Assembly (NCBI RefSeq): GCF_000143415.4
Contig: NW_003314363.1
Coordinates: forward strand, 372,001-436,000
Origin: Selaginella moellendorffii
Lineage: Eukaryota; Plantae; Lycopodiophyta
DNA: 64,000 nt
Direction: 5' to 3'
Positions 36,766-49,906 of the stretch are shown here, in pieces (position 1 is the first letter of the stretch; each line of letters opens with the position of its first letter). The translations under genes and the position numbers were made by a program. Under the pieces are notes generated by a model. That model saw nothing but the letters and a program-made list of their open reading frames with translations. It was not told where the DNA came from and did no database searches.

Positions 36766-39700
36766 ATGCCAATGGAAGGCAACGAGGCGGCGGCGGCCAC
36801 GGGGGATGGAGGAATCAGCGCAAGGAGCTCCGGATCGTCCCATTCCAGCTCCGATTCAGCGACTCCCAATCGCCGTCGCAAGCGCGCCTTTCTAGGTTCG
36901 AAATCCGTGGCCAGCGACGCTGCTGTCTCAGATCTTCCCCTGGCGCTCACTCGCCCCGTGAGGAATGCCCGGCTGCGCAACTATTACCCCGACTACTCCA
37001 TCTACAGTGGTATGCCGGCGCGTAGGGCAAAGGCCAGGGCCAAATCCAGCAAGAATCGCGGCTCCATGAAGCAGCGCCTCGCAAAGATGCTCAAGCCGCG
37101 CCACAGCGTAAGCGAAATCTTGTCTTTCGAGGTTTTTCTGAGAGATATCCTGGGATTTCTCGCCAGAATATCGACGGAGGAGGCCATCACTTGCGACGCT
37201 CAACGAGGAACCGGCGGATGTCTGTGCTCTACGATGATTACAGTGACGAGGAGGATGAAGAGGAGATTGTGGTGAGTCATTGAGAGAGTTTTTCTTTTAA
37301 GTAGCATCCACAACTCATTTTAAATTGTTGATTGGTAGCACAGCGCAGTTATCGTTCTAAGTCGGATGAGCATGCCAATTCCACCAAGAAATCCAGCGGC
37401 AGCATTGCGGCTCCTCGAAGAGAAGGCTTGAGGCCCCGGAATTCGTCACAGCGTTTTGAGAGGCAGAGGGTAGTGGAGTCGTCGCAGGAATCGGCGGATG
37501 ACCACGAGACATCGGACGAAGACGCTGAGGAAGGAGAGGATGGAGAAGAGGACGACGATCTCGAGTCCGGGGAAGAGGAAGACGAAGGAGAAGACGGCGT
37601 TGCTGGAGAACAGGAAAAAGAAGTGGAGGCGGCCGGGGGTGACGAAGATGGCGAAGAAGAGGAGGAGGAGGAAGAGGAGGAACTAGAGGAAAGAGATGGA
37701 AAACGCAGGTACGAGCTACGCGCTCGCACAGAAACCCAGAGGTCTCCTCCGAAAGGAGACGTGACGACGCCACAGAAGGTTTTCCTCGCCGAGACGGAAA
37801 AGAAGCGGAGTCGCGAAGGTGGTCGCTCTGCGTCGAGGCCGCTCAAACGGCGGCGCAGGGAAGAAGACTCTGATGACTCGCTTCTGGTGGACGAGATGGA
37901 ACAGGGTCCGGGGTTTTTTGGTGCCAGAGGTGGTGCTCGGGGACCTCATCCATTTCTTCCTCCTACTTTGGATATGCACGGTTCAACGAACTGGGGTCTA
38001 GGAGTAGCTGCTAGCGGGTGGGGACACCAGGGCGACTTCTTGGGACTAGGATTAGCTAATACAGGGACACAGACAGCCGGAGCTAGCTCTAAAGGTGGTG
38101 CGGACATACAACCAGTCCAGGTTGATGACACCGTCAGTTTTGATCAGGTTGGGGGCCTCTCACACTACATTGATTCGCTCAAGGAGATGGTTTTCTTCCC
38201 CTTGCTTTACCCAAAGTTCTTCGAGAGCTATCACATCACTCCTCCCAGAGGTGTGCTCCTCTGTGGGCCTCCAGGTACAGGCAAGACGCTGGTCGCCAGG
38301 GCATTGGCTAGTGCTGCGGCACGGGCTGGCCAAAAGGTGAACTTTTACATGCGCAAGGGTGCAGACGTGCTGAGCAAATGGGTCGGGGAAGCTGAACGGC
38401 AACTACGGATGCTCTTCGAAGAGGCTCAAAGGTGTCAGCCTTCGATTATATTTTTCGACGAGATTGACGGCTTGGCCCCCGTGCGGTCCAGCAAGAGCGA
38501 GCAAATACACAACTCTATCGTCTCGACCCTTTTAGCTCTGATGGACGGGCTTGATTCTCGGGGTCAGGTGGTGGTTATCGGCGCGACAAACCGGATAGAT
38601 GCCATAGACGGAGCACTCAGACGTCCAGGACGCTTCGACCGTGAGTTCGTTTTCCCTCTACCGGACTCCGGTGCTCGAGCAGAGATTTTGGATATTCATA
38701 CGAAAAGTTGGCACAGACGACCTTCTACAGAGCTTCGGGACGAGTTGGCTGCTGCCTGCGTGGGATACTGCGGTGCGGACTTGAAGGCTTTGTGTACTGA
38801 AGCAGCTATTCGGGCATTTCGGCAGCGTTATCCACAGGTTTATACCAGTGATGAGCAATTTGTCATCGACGCAGATTCCATCCGTGTCCAAAAGTCTCAC
38901 TTCTACGAAGCCATGTCTGCCATCACGCCTGCAGCGCACAGGGGAACATTAGTACATTCGAGGCCCCTCCCTCCAATGCTCGTGCCTTGTTTAAACGGGC
39001 AGCTTCAGACGGTCGTAGCTGCATTGTCAGACATTTTCCCGCTGCTAAGCAATCCAGATGGCGATGAGAGCTCGGAGAATCTAACCAGGCTATTTGGCAC
39101 GCACACTGGCATGATATTTCCTACGGTATACAAGCCAAGGTATCTGCTGTGTGGCACTGATAGCTCGGGACTTGTAAGTATGCTTCAGTGTGTTCGTTGC
39201 GATCTTTACTTACAAAGGCTTTTACATACAGGACCACTTAGGACCTGCATTGCTACACAAGCTGGAGAGATTTCCTGTACATTCTCTTGGACTTCCTTCC
39301 CTCTTATCCGATCCGAGTGCCAAAACCCCCGAGGAGGCACTAGTTCACATCTTCGGGGAAGCGAGAAGAAATACTCCGTCAATCCTATATTTACCTCATT
39401 TCGATTCGTGGTGGGAAACGGTAAGTGGTGATCATTTTCTTTAGTTGCATACAAGTGTTTATTCTTTTGTAGGCGCAAGAACAGCTACGCACGGTGTTGT
39501 TGATGCTTTTGGCCGATTTACCTTCCAATCTCCCGTTATTGTTACTTGGAACATCCTCAGCTCGAAAGAGCGAACTAGACGACGAAGCCTGTTCCGTGTT
39601 TGGTCGTCACATGTAAGCTTAGTCGCATATATGCAGCCAGTTTTTTAATTGCTGATTGATGTGTGGTGTAGCTACGAAGTACAAGTTCCAACCCGCGATG

Positions 39701-41083
39701 AAAGGGATGCGTTTTTTACGCAAGTAATAAAAAGCCTCTTTACACTCTCCAGCGAAGAAGAAACCACAAAACCTAAGAAGAATGCCGAGTTACCTGTGTT
39801 ACCGAAGGTTCCCAAGGTCGACAAAGGTCCAAGCGAGGCTGAGCTAAAAGCGCAAGCCGAGGCTGAGGAGCATGCCATTCGTCGCTTGAGGATGTGCTTG
39901 AGAGACGTCTGTAACAGGTACTCTGCCATTATTTTCTCTTTTTTCTAAAGCCCTGTCCATGGTTTTACAGGCTTTTATATGAGAAGCGTTTCAACATATT
40001 CCACTTCCCCGTGGAAGCCGAGGAAGTGCCAGACTACCATACGATCGTAAAGACGCCGATGGACGTGGCTACGCTGCTCCTCCGCGTAGATAAAGGCCAC
40101 TACAGGACGCGCGGCGCCTTCATGCAAGACGTGGAGCTGATACCAGCCAGTGCGAAAGTAATTCCACTCGTTCTTTCCTCCTTGCTTGCGAGCTAACGTT
40201 GTGTGCAACAGAAATATCACGGCGAGGACTACAGCAATCACACCGCTGCTCGGATTGTTAGCCGGGCGTGTGCTTTGCGTGATGCGGTACGTAATCTCCT
40301 CCATTTGCAATTTTCTATTCGTCTCGATTCTTATCCCTGCTATTTTTCACAGGTCCAAGGCATGCTGTCCCAGATGGACCCGGAGCTGGTGGCGTATTGC
40401 GATAGAATAGCCAGCCAAAGCCAAAGCGGTAGCGCGGCGGCGGCCGCGGCGCCGCCAGACGAAGCTTCCAAGCGACCTGACAACAATCCGGCAACGCCAC
40501 CGGAGCCTCAGCGATCGAGCGCGAGGCTACGAGGCATCCAACCGGATTTGAACCTCCCGGCCAACGGGAACGGTGACGAAGCTGGACCAGGCGGTAAAAA
40601 AAATCTCGTTTCTCTCTTCGTAAAGATTGATCCAAGCTTGGATTGTGTTTGGCAGGAGGAGAGGAAGAAGCGTTACCATCAAACCATACCGAGGAGGCGG
40701 ACGAGGAGGAGGAAAACGAAGAGAAGCCAACACCATCACCAATGGACGGTGGCGATCGCAAAGATGGCGAGCAAGACGACGAGCAACAGGGAGAGGGAGA
40801 GGGACAGTGGCAGTACGGGGTGGGCGAGGACAAGATCAAGGCAGTGAAGGCCAAGCTTTTACTCCACAGCGAGGCATTCACCGTGTCGGAGCTCGAGATG
40901 CTTTACGCCAGGCTCTGCGGAAGGATCCGGCAACAGCGACGCGGCCACCTCACGAGAAGTGCCATCCTCCAATCATTACAGGTGTTTGTGGAGGAGGAAA
41001 TCGCCACCGCCGCCACCGCCACCGCCGCCGCCGCCGCATCGCCGCCACTTGTAGCCACTTTTAGAGATCATACACACTCGTAA
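36766..41083 (+). CDS. ATAD2: AAA+ ATPase and bromodomain protein (ATAD2/Yta7 family; BRAT1/At1g05910-like), multi-exon
   Basis: Acidic N-terminus, Walker A GPPGTGKT, FYMRKGADVLSKWVGEAERQLR, Walker B IIFFDEIDG, second degenerate AAA domain, bromodomain FHFPVEAEEVPDYHTIVKTPMD. TAA at 41083. Confidence 0.95.
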
Positions 41084-41391
41084 TGAAAACCATATACCAG
41101 CATATTCCAGGTATATTCATTGAATATCGTGGACCTTTTTCCGGGGGTTTGATAATGTACATGGATTGAGAGAAGCGAAGACATTTATCACAAAAAGGTT
41201 TGCTCTTTTTACCTGGGAGCTCTTTTTTCTCTTCTTCGCGCCTTCCTTTTCTCTCTCTTTGTTCGCTCGAGAGCTCTCTTCCCGCTCGCTCGCTCGCTCG
41301 CCGCCGGGTGGTTTCGAGTATACCAGCCAGCTATCAAACGAAGAACCAGAAGAACTAGTAGAACTTCCTCCATCCCGCCCTTTCTCTGTTT

Positions 41392-44300
41392 TTATGGCCT
41401 CAGGGCGCTTGCCGAAGATTGGCCGAGCAGACCCGGCGCTCCTCCGCTCGAGGCCACCGCCGCCGCCGCTGCTGCTGTGGACGCTACTGCCATTGGCGAC
41501 GCGGCCACCAAAGGCATTGACGACGCCAACACTGCACCACCGTTCCCTCCTCCACCGCCACCTCCACCTCCTCCTCCCTGCTGCTGGATCATTCCGCTCG
41601 AATTTACAAAGTTGGCTGCTGCCACCGCCGCCGCCACTGGATTCGACGCCGCCAGAGCTTGAGCTTGCGACGACGCGGCACCGCCGTTATCGACTCCGGC
41701 TGCTGTACACGACGCTGCTGGTGTTGCCCGCATTGCTGCCACCATTCCGCCCTCCACATAGCTCCCTTTGCCACCACCACCGCCACCACCTCCTCCAGGG
41801 GTTCCAGGCGGATGCTGCTGCTGCTGCCTCCCAGGTGCCTGGCTCGAAAAGCTGGATACGGATGCTTTGTGTGGGGACGGCATCGATGACGTGGACGGGA
41901 TCGCTGGCGACCTCTCCGCTAATGGATTGGCATCTGTAAAAGACGAATCAGCAATGCGCACCACTGGGATCTCGCGTACCATTCTTTGAATCCGGCGTCT
42001 TCAGCGAGGCGGGTCCTCCTCCCGGATAGAAAGCGGCCGCCTGCAGCTGCTGCTGGTGGCTCGCACTTGGAGAGCCGGCCTGGTGCTGCAACACAGGCAC
42101 CACAGTGCCGTTTACACGCTGCGGAGTGCCCGGCATGGAAGGCACGGACGACGCTCTAGAGCCTGGGGAAGCGGCAGGCTTGGACATGGGGGCTTGGCCG
42201 AAACCGTTGTTGTCCATAACGCCACCACCGTTTTTGACAGGGGTCCCGTTGCTGCCTGATCCCAGGGACAGGCTTTGCGATCCCAGCGACAGCCCGTTTG
42301 TGGATGGAGAGCCCGCGCCCTGTAGCTGGAACTGCGGTGCCTGAGGAAGCTGTTGCTGCTGCTGCGCAAGTCCTTGCTGCTGCTGCTGTTGCAAGTACTG
42401 CTGATGGAGGAACATCTGGTTTTGACGTAGCTGGTGCTTCTGGTTCGCGTGCTGCTGCAGCTGGCTCACGTGAGGAGAATGCTGAGGTGACGACTGCAAA
42501 GGTTGCTGCGGCAATTGTTGTTGTTGTTGCTGCTGCTGCATGCCTTTCGATGATGGTTGATTTTGTGGCGCTGCATTAGGCATCGCTGGACCATTAGGTG
42601 ACCGCTTCCCAGGTAACACTGCAGCTGGCTTGTGTGGAGGATACGTAGCTTTGCTGGCGTTCTTCTGGTTGACAGAGCCTTGTTGCTGCTGTTGCTGTTG
42701 CTGCTGCTGATGCTGCTGCTGCTGCTGCTGCTGCTTCGATGCTACCGATGGCGATCCTGGAGCTGGACTTCCAGGCGGAAGCCTCTGCGAGGGTGAAGAG
42801 CTTTGTGGACTTCGAGCAGGTTGTACTTGGTTCTTCGACATGGCAGCAGCTATTACCGACGCACCAGGTACGGCTGCTACCGACGGCCTCTGCGAAAGCT
42901 TCAGCTGTGGATGCTGCGACACCACCTGGTTTTGTTTCGAGGTCGCTTGCATGGCAGCCATTCCACCCTGGGCTGGAAACGGCATTCCATTGCCGGAGTT
43001 CCTATTCAACGAAGATCGATCATTGAAGGACGCTACCGGTGACCCCGAAGTAGCTGGCGGAGCTTTTGCTCTTGCAGCAGCAGCCGCCGCTTGTTTCATG
43101 TTCTGGTTGACGGGCTGTTGTTGCAAAGGAGCAGCACCAGACTGGGTTTGATGAAGACGTGATGACACCGACCCCGCCGGCAGGAGATTCATTGCGGCAT
43201 TTGCCATTCGAGATGAAGAGCAGCCACTCGTCGGAGAAGCTTGCATGGGTAGCGCTTCAAGGTCCACTCTGGAGATTGGTGCCGACCGTTTAGCCGCAAG
43301 CTTTCTCTCGTCAACGCTGGTCTGATTGTTCCCTTCATATAGTTCATCGACCCTCAGAGAACGAGGCTGCCCGGCCTGCATTGCGTGCAAATGAGTCTGC
43401 GTCTGACCATGTGGATGCATCCTTCCTTGATCTGCCATACCTTGAAGTACTGTATGGCCTTGCGGGGCCATTACAGCAGCAACCGAAGCAAGTCCGAGTG
43501 GGCCTGGTCCAACTGACCCCCGGGAGGCAGCCGAAGATCCATGAACTTGCGACGCCTGCGACTCCATTCCTTTCAAACTCATATGCAAGGACGCATTTGC
43601 ATGTTGTCCCGCCTGCGATGGAACTCCCGGATGTTGTTGAACTGAGCCCGGCTGCAGCTTTCCTACGTGTTTACCGCCCAACGAGGAGAAGTCCTGGCAT
43701 CCATCTGGTCCGACCACAACCGGAGGCGTCGCAGTTCCATTACTTGACGTTTGCTGGGAGAACATAAGGCGTTGCAGCATTTTGTTGTCGCCAGCTTCCC
43801 TGCAATCTTTTTCACCCGGTAAAGCTCCTGCCAGGCTCGAACTATACGCTGACGATGAAAGTTGCTGCTGTTGAGAACCCCCCAGAGCGGAGAAAACACG
43901 GCCACCCTGTTGCGGTTTTTGAGACTGGCCCTGCTGCTGTTGCACAGAGGCATAGAATGGATTGTTCACAAATTGAGCTGCCTGCACATAAAAGAATATC
44001 AGTCGCAAAACCAACGAAAGAGATAATGGACCTGTTGGGTGAGACTTTGTGCTCCGTTGAAGTTATGGGAGCCGAAATGAGACGTCGGAAACGGGAAGGG
44101 GAAAGGATTATGCTGCATTACTGCCTGAAAAAACTGAGCTTGCGCAGCCATTGATGCCATACTGCTGCTTCCAGTTCCGGAAACACTCGAGCTTCCTGAT
44201 CCGTTGCCATTGCTACCTGGCATCAAACCTGATGACCCCGCGGATCCTGATGCATTAGTTGGCAGACCCTGACTAACAGGAAATCCAAAGGCTGGACTCT

Positions 44301-47298
44301 GTGCATATACGAAAATGCTTATTAGGATGTTACTAAATCAAATGGCACATACTTGAACATGTTGCTGCTGTTGTTGCGCAGGATGCTTTCTATAAAGCGT
44401 GTCCATATATGGTCCTGCCTTGGATTGTTGCGTATTTCTCTCGAGTGCAAGCCCAGAAGAAACGCTAGAGCCCATTCCACTAGCTGAAGGAAGAATACCG
44501 CCATTTGCGAAGACAGCATCAGCAGGAATGTTGAGATTGTACGGCTTTCCTCCATAGCTTAAGGTTGCTGCCATTAAGGAGTGCCGAGCCACTTGCTGTT
44601 GAAGATCAATAAACCGGGCGATAAAAACGTGAATAGCGCAACGTTTCCACGTATGACGACCGCTTAGATATGGCATTATCTGATTAAAGACAGCACATTT
44701 GAAATCAAAACGCTTCAAAATGGTGGTTCTATCGTACCTGTGGATGCGAAGCATTGTTTTCTTCGGTAGAAGTACCGGTAAGTGCTGCTGCTTGAGCAGC
44801 TGCAGCCGCAACAGCCGAGGGAGGAGGGGCATAGTAACTGCAAATAACTCAGCAAGAGATGAGAATTTAGAGTTTCTGAAAAAACATACCCTGCAGGCCA
44901 ATTCGCCCGAGCAGGCGCGGTGTGGCTAGTACCAGTAGTCGCATTTAGGAATGATGATGCAGCAGACACTACAGCCGCGGAAACTGAGAAGTAAAAAGAT
45001 CACAAACGTAGATTGAAGAGAAGAATTACGAGCCTACCTGATCGATCCGCCTTCTGTGAGTTCTTTGCATCGACCTTGAGGCCTTTCATGGATCTGATAC
45101 CCACCATTCCTTGCTTATTGAGGTCTAAAAATTCCCTCTCATCTTTTACTTGCGGTTCAGCCTCCTTCCTCGTATCGCTTTCATCTAATTTCTGATCCCG
45201 CTGCTCCTCTTTATCTTTTTCCTTCAACCTCTCTCGCTCTTCTAGCCAGTATAGTTCAGCCGTGCCGCCAGCTTGAACGTCCATCTGCATTTTAAACAAG
45301 GTCAGCGAGCAGTTTCGCCTGTTCCCACTTACATTTTCCTTGCGATCCGTATCAGAACTCTCCATATCATTTTGCCTATCATTTTGCAAAGATGTCGATG
45401 GAGGGGCCTTAAGAAAATGCTGTGTTAGAATGTAGGAAACAACACAACAAAGTAATTCTTACCATAAGATCAATTTCAAATTTCGCCGGCCTGTTTTCGC
45501 CAGATGAAAACTTCCTGCAGAATAACATAAGCAGATTAAAAAAACAATAGCGTGAGAAAACACATACCGCTTATTCAGATCCGCATTAGCGTTCGTTACT
45601 GTTTCGGCACTCTTTCGCTCGGCCAAGCTCGTCTTCACCTCAGGTGCGATGTCAGCCTTCTTCAATTCAGTATCACAAGGCTCAGCAGCTTGAGCCGACG
45701 CCGATACCGGGGTCCCTGCAAGACTTGGAGCAGAAGTGCCGGTTAACTTGGAAAAGTTATCGGTTTTCCTCTCGTTCCGAGCTCCTTGCTCATGTTCCCT
45801 GCCCAGTGAAACAACCCCCACGCGCCCTCCAGGTGCCGAGCCTCCTTCATCCGATCGTGGCCTTATGCGAGGCCGTTTTCTTCGAGGTGCTGAAACAGAG
45901 CATGCTGTACTTAAGTCCTCAGATTTTTGCACACGAGAAAATAACGACGTACCTTCAGCAGGGTGTGATGTTACATTATTGAGAGAGGGAGGGGATAAAG
46001 GAGTTCCAGGCTGAGCGGGGGAGGACGCGGCTTTAGCAGGAGAAGCGGAAACTTTATCCAACTTCGCTTCCGCCCGAGAATCCATCTTGTTCTCGCTCTT
46101 TTGGAAATTAGGCACCATTCTAGCCAAATCGAATAGAGCCTCGGCAACTTCGACCTCCTGCTCGGATATTGGAGCAGGCGAGGACTGTAGAAACAAAGAT
46201 GACTGGGAATCAATCCAGAAGCCAAGCCGCTAGAGGAGCCATTTCTTACCTTCGGTGCTTTTGCTGGCCGTGGTTTTGACCCATTTGGTTTCTGCACAAC
46301 ACGTCTGACAGCGTTAGACCCCCTGACAGCCCAGAAAGTAGATCTTCACGGGAGAGTAAAATTTCGACCATACCATTCGACGGCCGGGCTTCCCAGCTCC
46401 GCCACTCGTATACGTAGAAGAAGGAATGTTAGGAGTTGCCGTGGGAGAGGAAGAGTGATGGGATGTGGCATTTGGCAGCTGTGGAGACTCGTGGTGTCGC
46501 TTCACGATTGCTGTGCAGAGCAAAACAAGAGAAGATCATCAGCCACTGCCCAGCAAACGGATCAAAGCTCCTACCAGAGCGAGCTTTACGAGGAACCGCT
46601 GGAAGATCTAATCCAATGCCCTCTTCCTGCCAAAAAAGGATCCGTCGTGAGCAAAGCAAAAGAGCGGCAGAGCGTCCACTTCTCTCCACACCTTGGAGCT
46701 CGGCCTTGGCTTCCCAGGCCACCGAGGAATAGTTGGAGGAGGGGGATCATCGTCCTCTTCGGTCGCTCCATCCGTGTCATCCGAGCTCTCCTCCGCCTCA
46801 TCCACCGCGCTGGGCGCCGGCGCCTCTTGCCGCTTTCGCTTGTTCCGCAGCGTTGCTCCAGAGGAGACGACCGACACTAGGCTGTCCTTCTTGATCCTCT
46901 CGCGCAGCCTGGAATTGTGGACCTCGTCTATCATTTCGTCGTCGTCATGAACTGCGAGAAGATCGATTTCCCAGTTAGATGGAACCCAAATTGTACCGCA
47001 TCGCGCAAGCAAGCCACAGATCTATCGATGGAGGCCATCGAACAGAGAAGCACGCTAAATGCTGCACGATCTCTCTAAACAAATTCAAGGCATCGAGTCA
47101 GTGCCAAAGAGGCAAGAAAGCAAACGAGAGAAGAAGAATGGCAAGAACACACAAAGGATTTGCAGCCAAAATTGCCCATTGCCAGGAATGGCTTTCCTGA
47201 CCTGGAGAGTCTTTGAAGCCAGTCGTGCGAGGCCGCCGAGGGGCAGAAACTGGGCCACTACTGCCTGTTCTTCGCCCTTCTCTTGCTCTGTCCATCAT
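41392..47298 (-). CDS. TIC: TIME FOR COFFEE-like circadian regulator, multi-exon, Q/S/G-rich
   Basis: MMDRAREGRR...GFKDSP, VPRKARS, EQEVEVAEALFDL, WKRCAIHVFIARFI and QHNPFPFPFP match conserved TIC blocks. A final 46-bp intron (41934-41979) joins the 688-aa ORF to the ORF ending at 41392. Confidence 0.88.
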
Positions 47299-49906
47299 AG
47301 CGCTTGAATCTAAGGAGGACGAAAAAGAAGAAGAAAAAAAACTAGCCCCCGTCAAAACTGAAGAACCGGTGGCCAAGAACACCGCAAGAAGAGATGCATC
47401 GGCGAACTCTCTCCCTTTTCTGGAATTCCTTCACCGCTGCCAGGACGCCCTCTGGACATGGAAGCCATGCCGATTTGCCGTCACAATCTCCCCATGAATT
47501 CGCTTCCAATCTTTTTCCTCCCTGAAAATTTCGAGGCCGACGAATGCTTTCGAGGCCCGGTGGAGGAAATCCGTCAAGAAACTGAATTAGCCCCTGCCAA
47601 TGCTCCTCATCGCGGCAGAGAATCCCCTGGCTGGCCCCGAAAGAAAAGAATTCCACACCATGCGGCGACAAGAAGCAAGAAACTGGAGAGAATATCAACA
47701 AGAAGCTTCCGATGGAGGCGTGCCGCCGCTGCTGCCGCCGGATCCAAGCCTCGCCAATTCGGGGCCTTAGCAGCGAGCACTCTGCCGCTCGCTCCTCCCC
47801 GCTACAAATCTCGAATCGCTCGCTGGCGCTGCTGCTGATGCGCCGAGATTCACAGATCAAACCCTAGCGCGCCGATGCCTGCCAGAGATTGATGCTTCCC
47901 CAGGACGCTCTTGATCAAGAGATTCCTAACCTAGGAGGAGAATGAATGAATGGGGAGAGAAGGCGGAGGGAGAAGAGAAATGAGAGATGAGTGGGCTACA
48001 CAACACAAAACCAAGCGCAGCCCAAGGCAAACAAAGAGCGGAGGAGAGAAAGACCCCCCACACACACACACACACACTGGTCTGCCATGCCAGGTCTGGC
48101 GGTGCTGGACGTGACCCGGTTCGGAACAGCCTCGTGACCAGCTCCGGTAACAAGGTTCGGCTCTACCCACACCTAAAAGGAGAACCTCCCTTGTACGGAT
48201 AAACGCGTACGGTTATGCTGGGTAAATGTCCCTCGGGCCTCCAAAGATCACGCTTTTACCTGATGTTGGAGTAATAAGGCGCAAGGTTTTTGGTGTTACT
48301 CTGTAAATGCCCAAGGAGCAAAGGCCACGTGTACAAATAGGGAATTGATATGCAAGGAAGAAATTTTTTTGACAATGAGTGCTTGCCCAACAAAACAAGA
48401 TTTCTACCTAATTGCAGTAGCTACCAGCTGAAATTTAAAAAACAAATCCATGTAGCAGACAATATTGACAAAATGCCCCATCCATCCATGCCAGGCCCCG
48501 GGGTTAAAGTGAAGGGAAAAAAAAAGAATCCTCGCGAGGAAACGACAGGTGGCCACATCCCATGCGCTCTTTTTATTTTGTAAAAACCGGTCAATAGAAC
48601 TGTTTCAAAATTCCGGTAGATAAAAGTAGCATCCACCGTCCGCCTTCCGCCACGTAAGATCCACATCGGCCGCTAGGTCCGGCGCCGAGCCTCCACCCCT
48701 GGTAGTTAAAAACTAAGCACGGGTTTAGAAGCCACGTGCGAGGGCGCGCGCCTTGGGCCGTCCACTTGGCAGCAATCGAAACCGCTCAATCGGCCAATTC
48801 ATAAAAGTAACTGTATCTTGTTCGACTCAAGAGGTGTGCCGTCAATGTCTTTCGTATTTTTGAAGCTTATAGGGAGAACTCCCCCCATCCGTACTTGCTA
48901 AATTCCTTCATCTCGAGGCGTACGACATTGTGTCATCCGTGATATGGTGGGCCACGAGCCTTGGCGTGAATGAGATCAATGGAAGGCCTGAGGGAACTCA
49001 AGTCAATTTCCACAAGGCAAGCGGATATACCTATAAAAGCTATAGCATATGAATACATGAATTACCATGAGGAAAAGAACAATGCTTGAGATCAAGATCG
49101 ATACGGTGCCAGCTCTTGCACTTTTCCGGTGGAGATAGAGAGAGAGTGAAGGAATCTTAAGAGAATCTGGGGGATGCTTGTGGATGGATGGGTCGTCCAT
49201 GAGATCCGAACTCGGAGTGGGAGAAAGCGTGGCTCACCTGGGACCCACCACATTTTCCTTTTCACTTAAAATCTAACGGTGACTCCCTGCCCAATTTGCT
49301 GCCGTCTGATGCCGCCCCCGTGGACGGCGCAGATGTGTCCATGTCAGCCAGCCACTTCTCAGATCGGCGGTTTTAATATTTCCACGCTACGTCCGTCAAA
49401 AGTGGCCACGAACCCGATTAGTAACCAGATGCAGGGCCTGGCAGCCGTCGGATCCGGGGCTTGGATGGCCCAGATGTCTCGCTCCGCGTGTAGATGAGGT
49501 CACAAGCCCGGGCCTCATTGTCCATGCGTCCGGACCTCGGAAAAGATCTCTGGGTCTCCAGCTAGGTCCGGAACCGGGGCTGCGTATGTAATCGACATCC
49601 CTGCGTGCTACATTGCGTCGAAATCGTTGCGGCTGATTTGGCTGTCTCTACGCCAATTGCACTGGTGAGTATATTTTTTCTCCTTTTGCTGTCTGGCAAG
49701 GTGTTCAAGACCAGGGAGAAAAAGAATCCCGTCATCCTTTAGTGCTTAAAAACCTTTACTCTTTTTTATAACCAAACAATGTGATATGGTCTCTGATTCC
49801 CTTGATCGCTTCAAAAGGTGGTGTTGGAGTCTTAAGGGAAACATAATGTACAAAGATAAGATTAGTGCCTGGTGTATATAAGAGCGTTGAGCTATTTACC
49901 CATCCC

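Noticed and set aside
41166-41939. 257-aa + strand ORF overlapping the TIC 3' end
   Set aside because: Antisense shadow of GC-rich low-complexity coding sequence.
41948-41982. Apparent frameshift or two separate ORFs at the TIC C-terminus
   Set aside because: Resolved by a 46-bp GT-AG intron (41934-41979).
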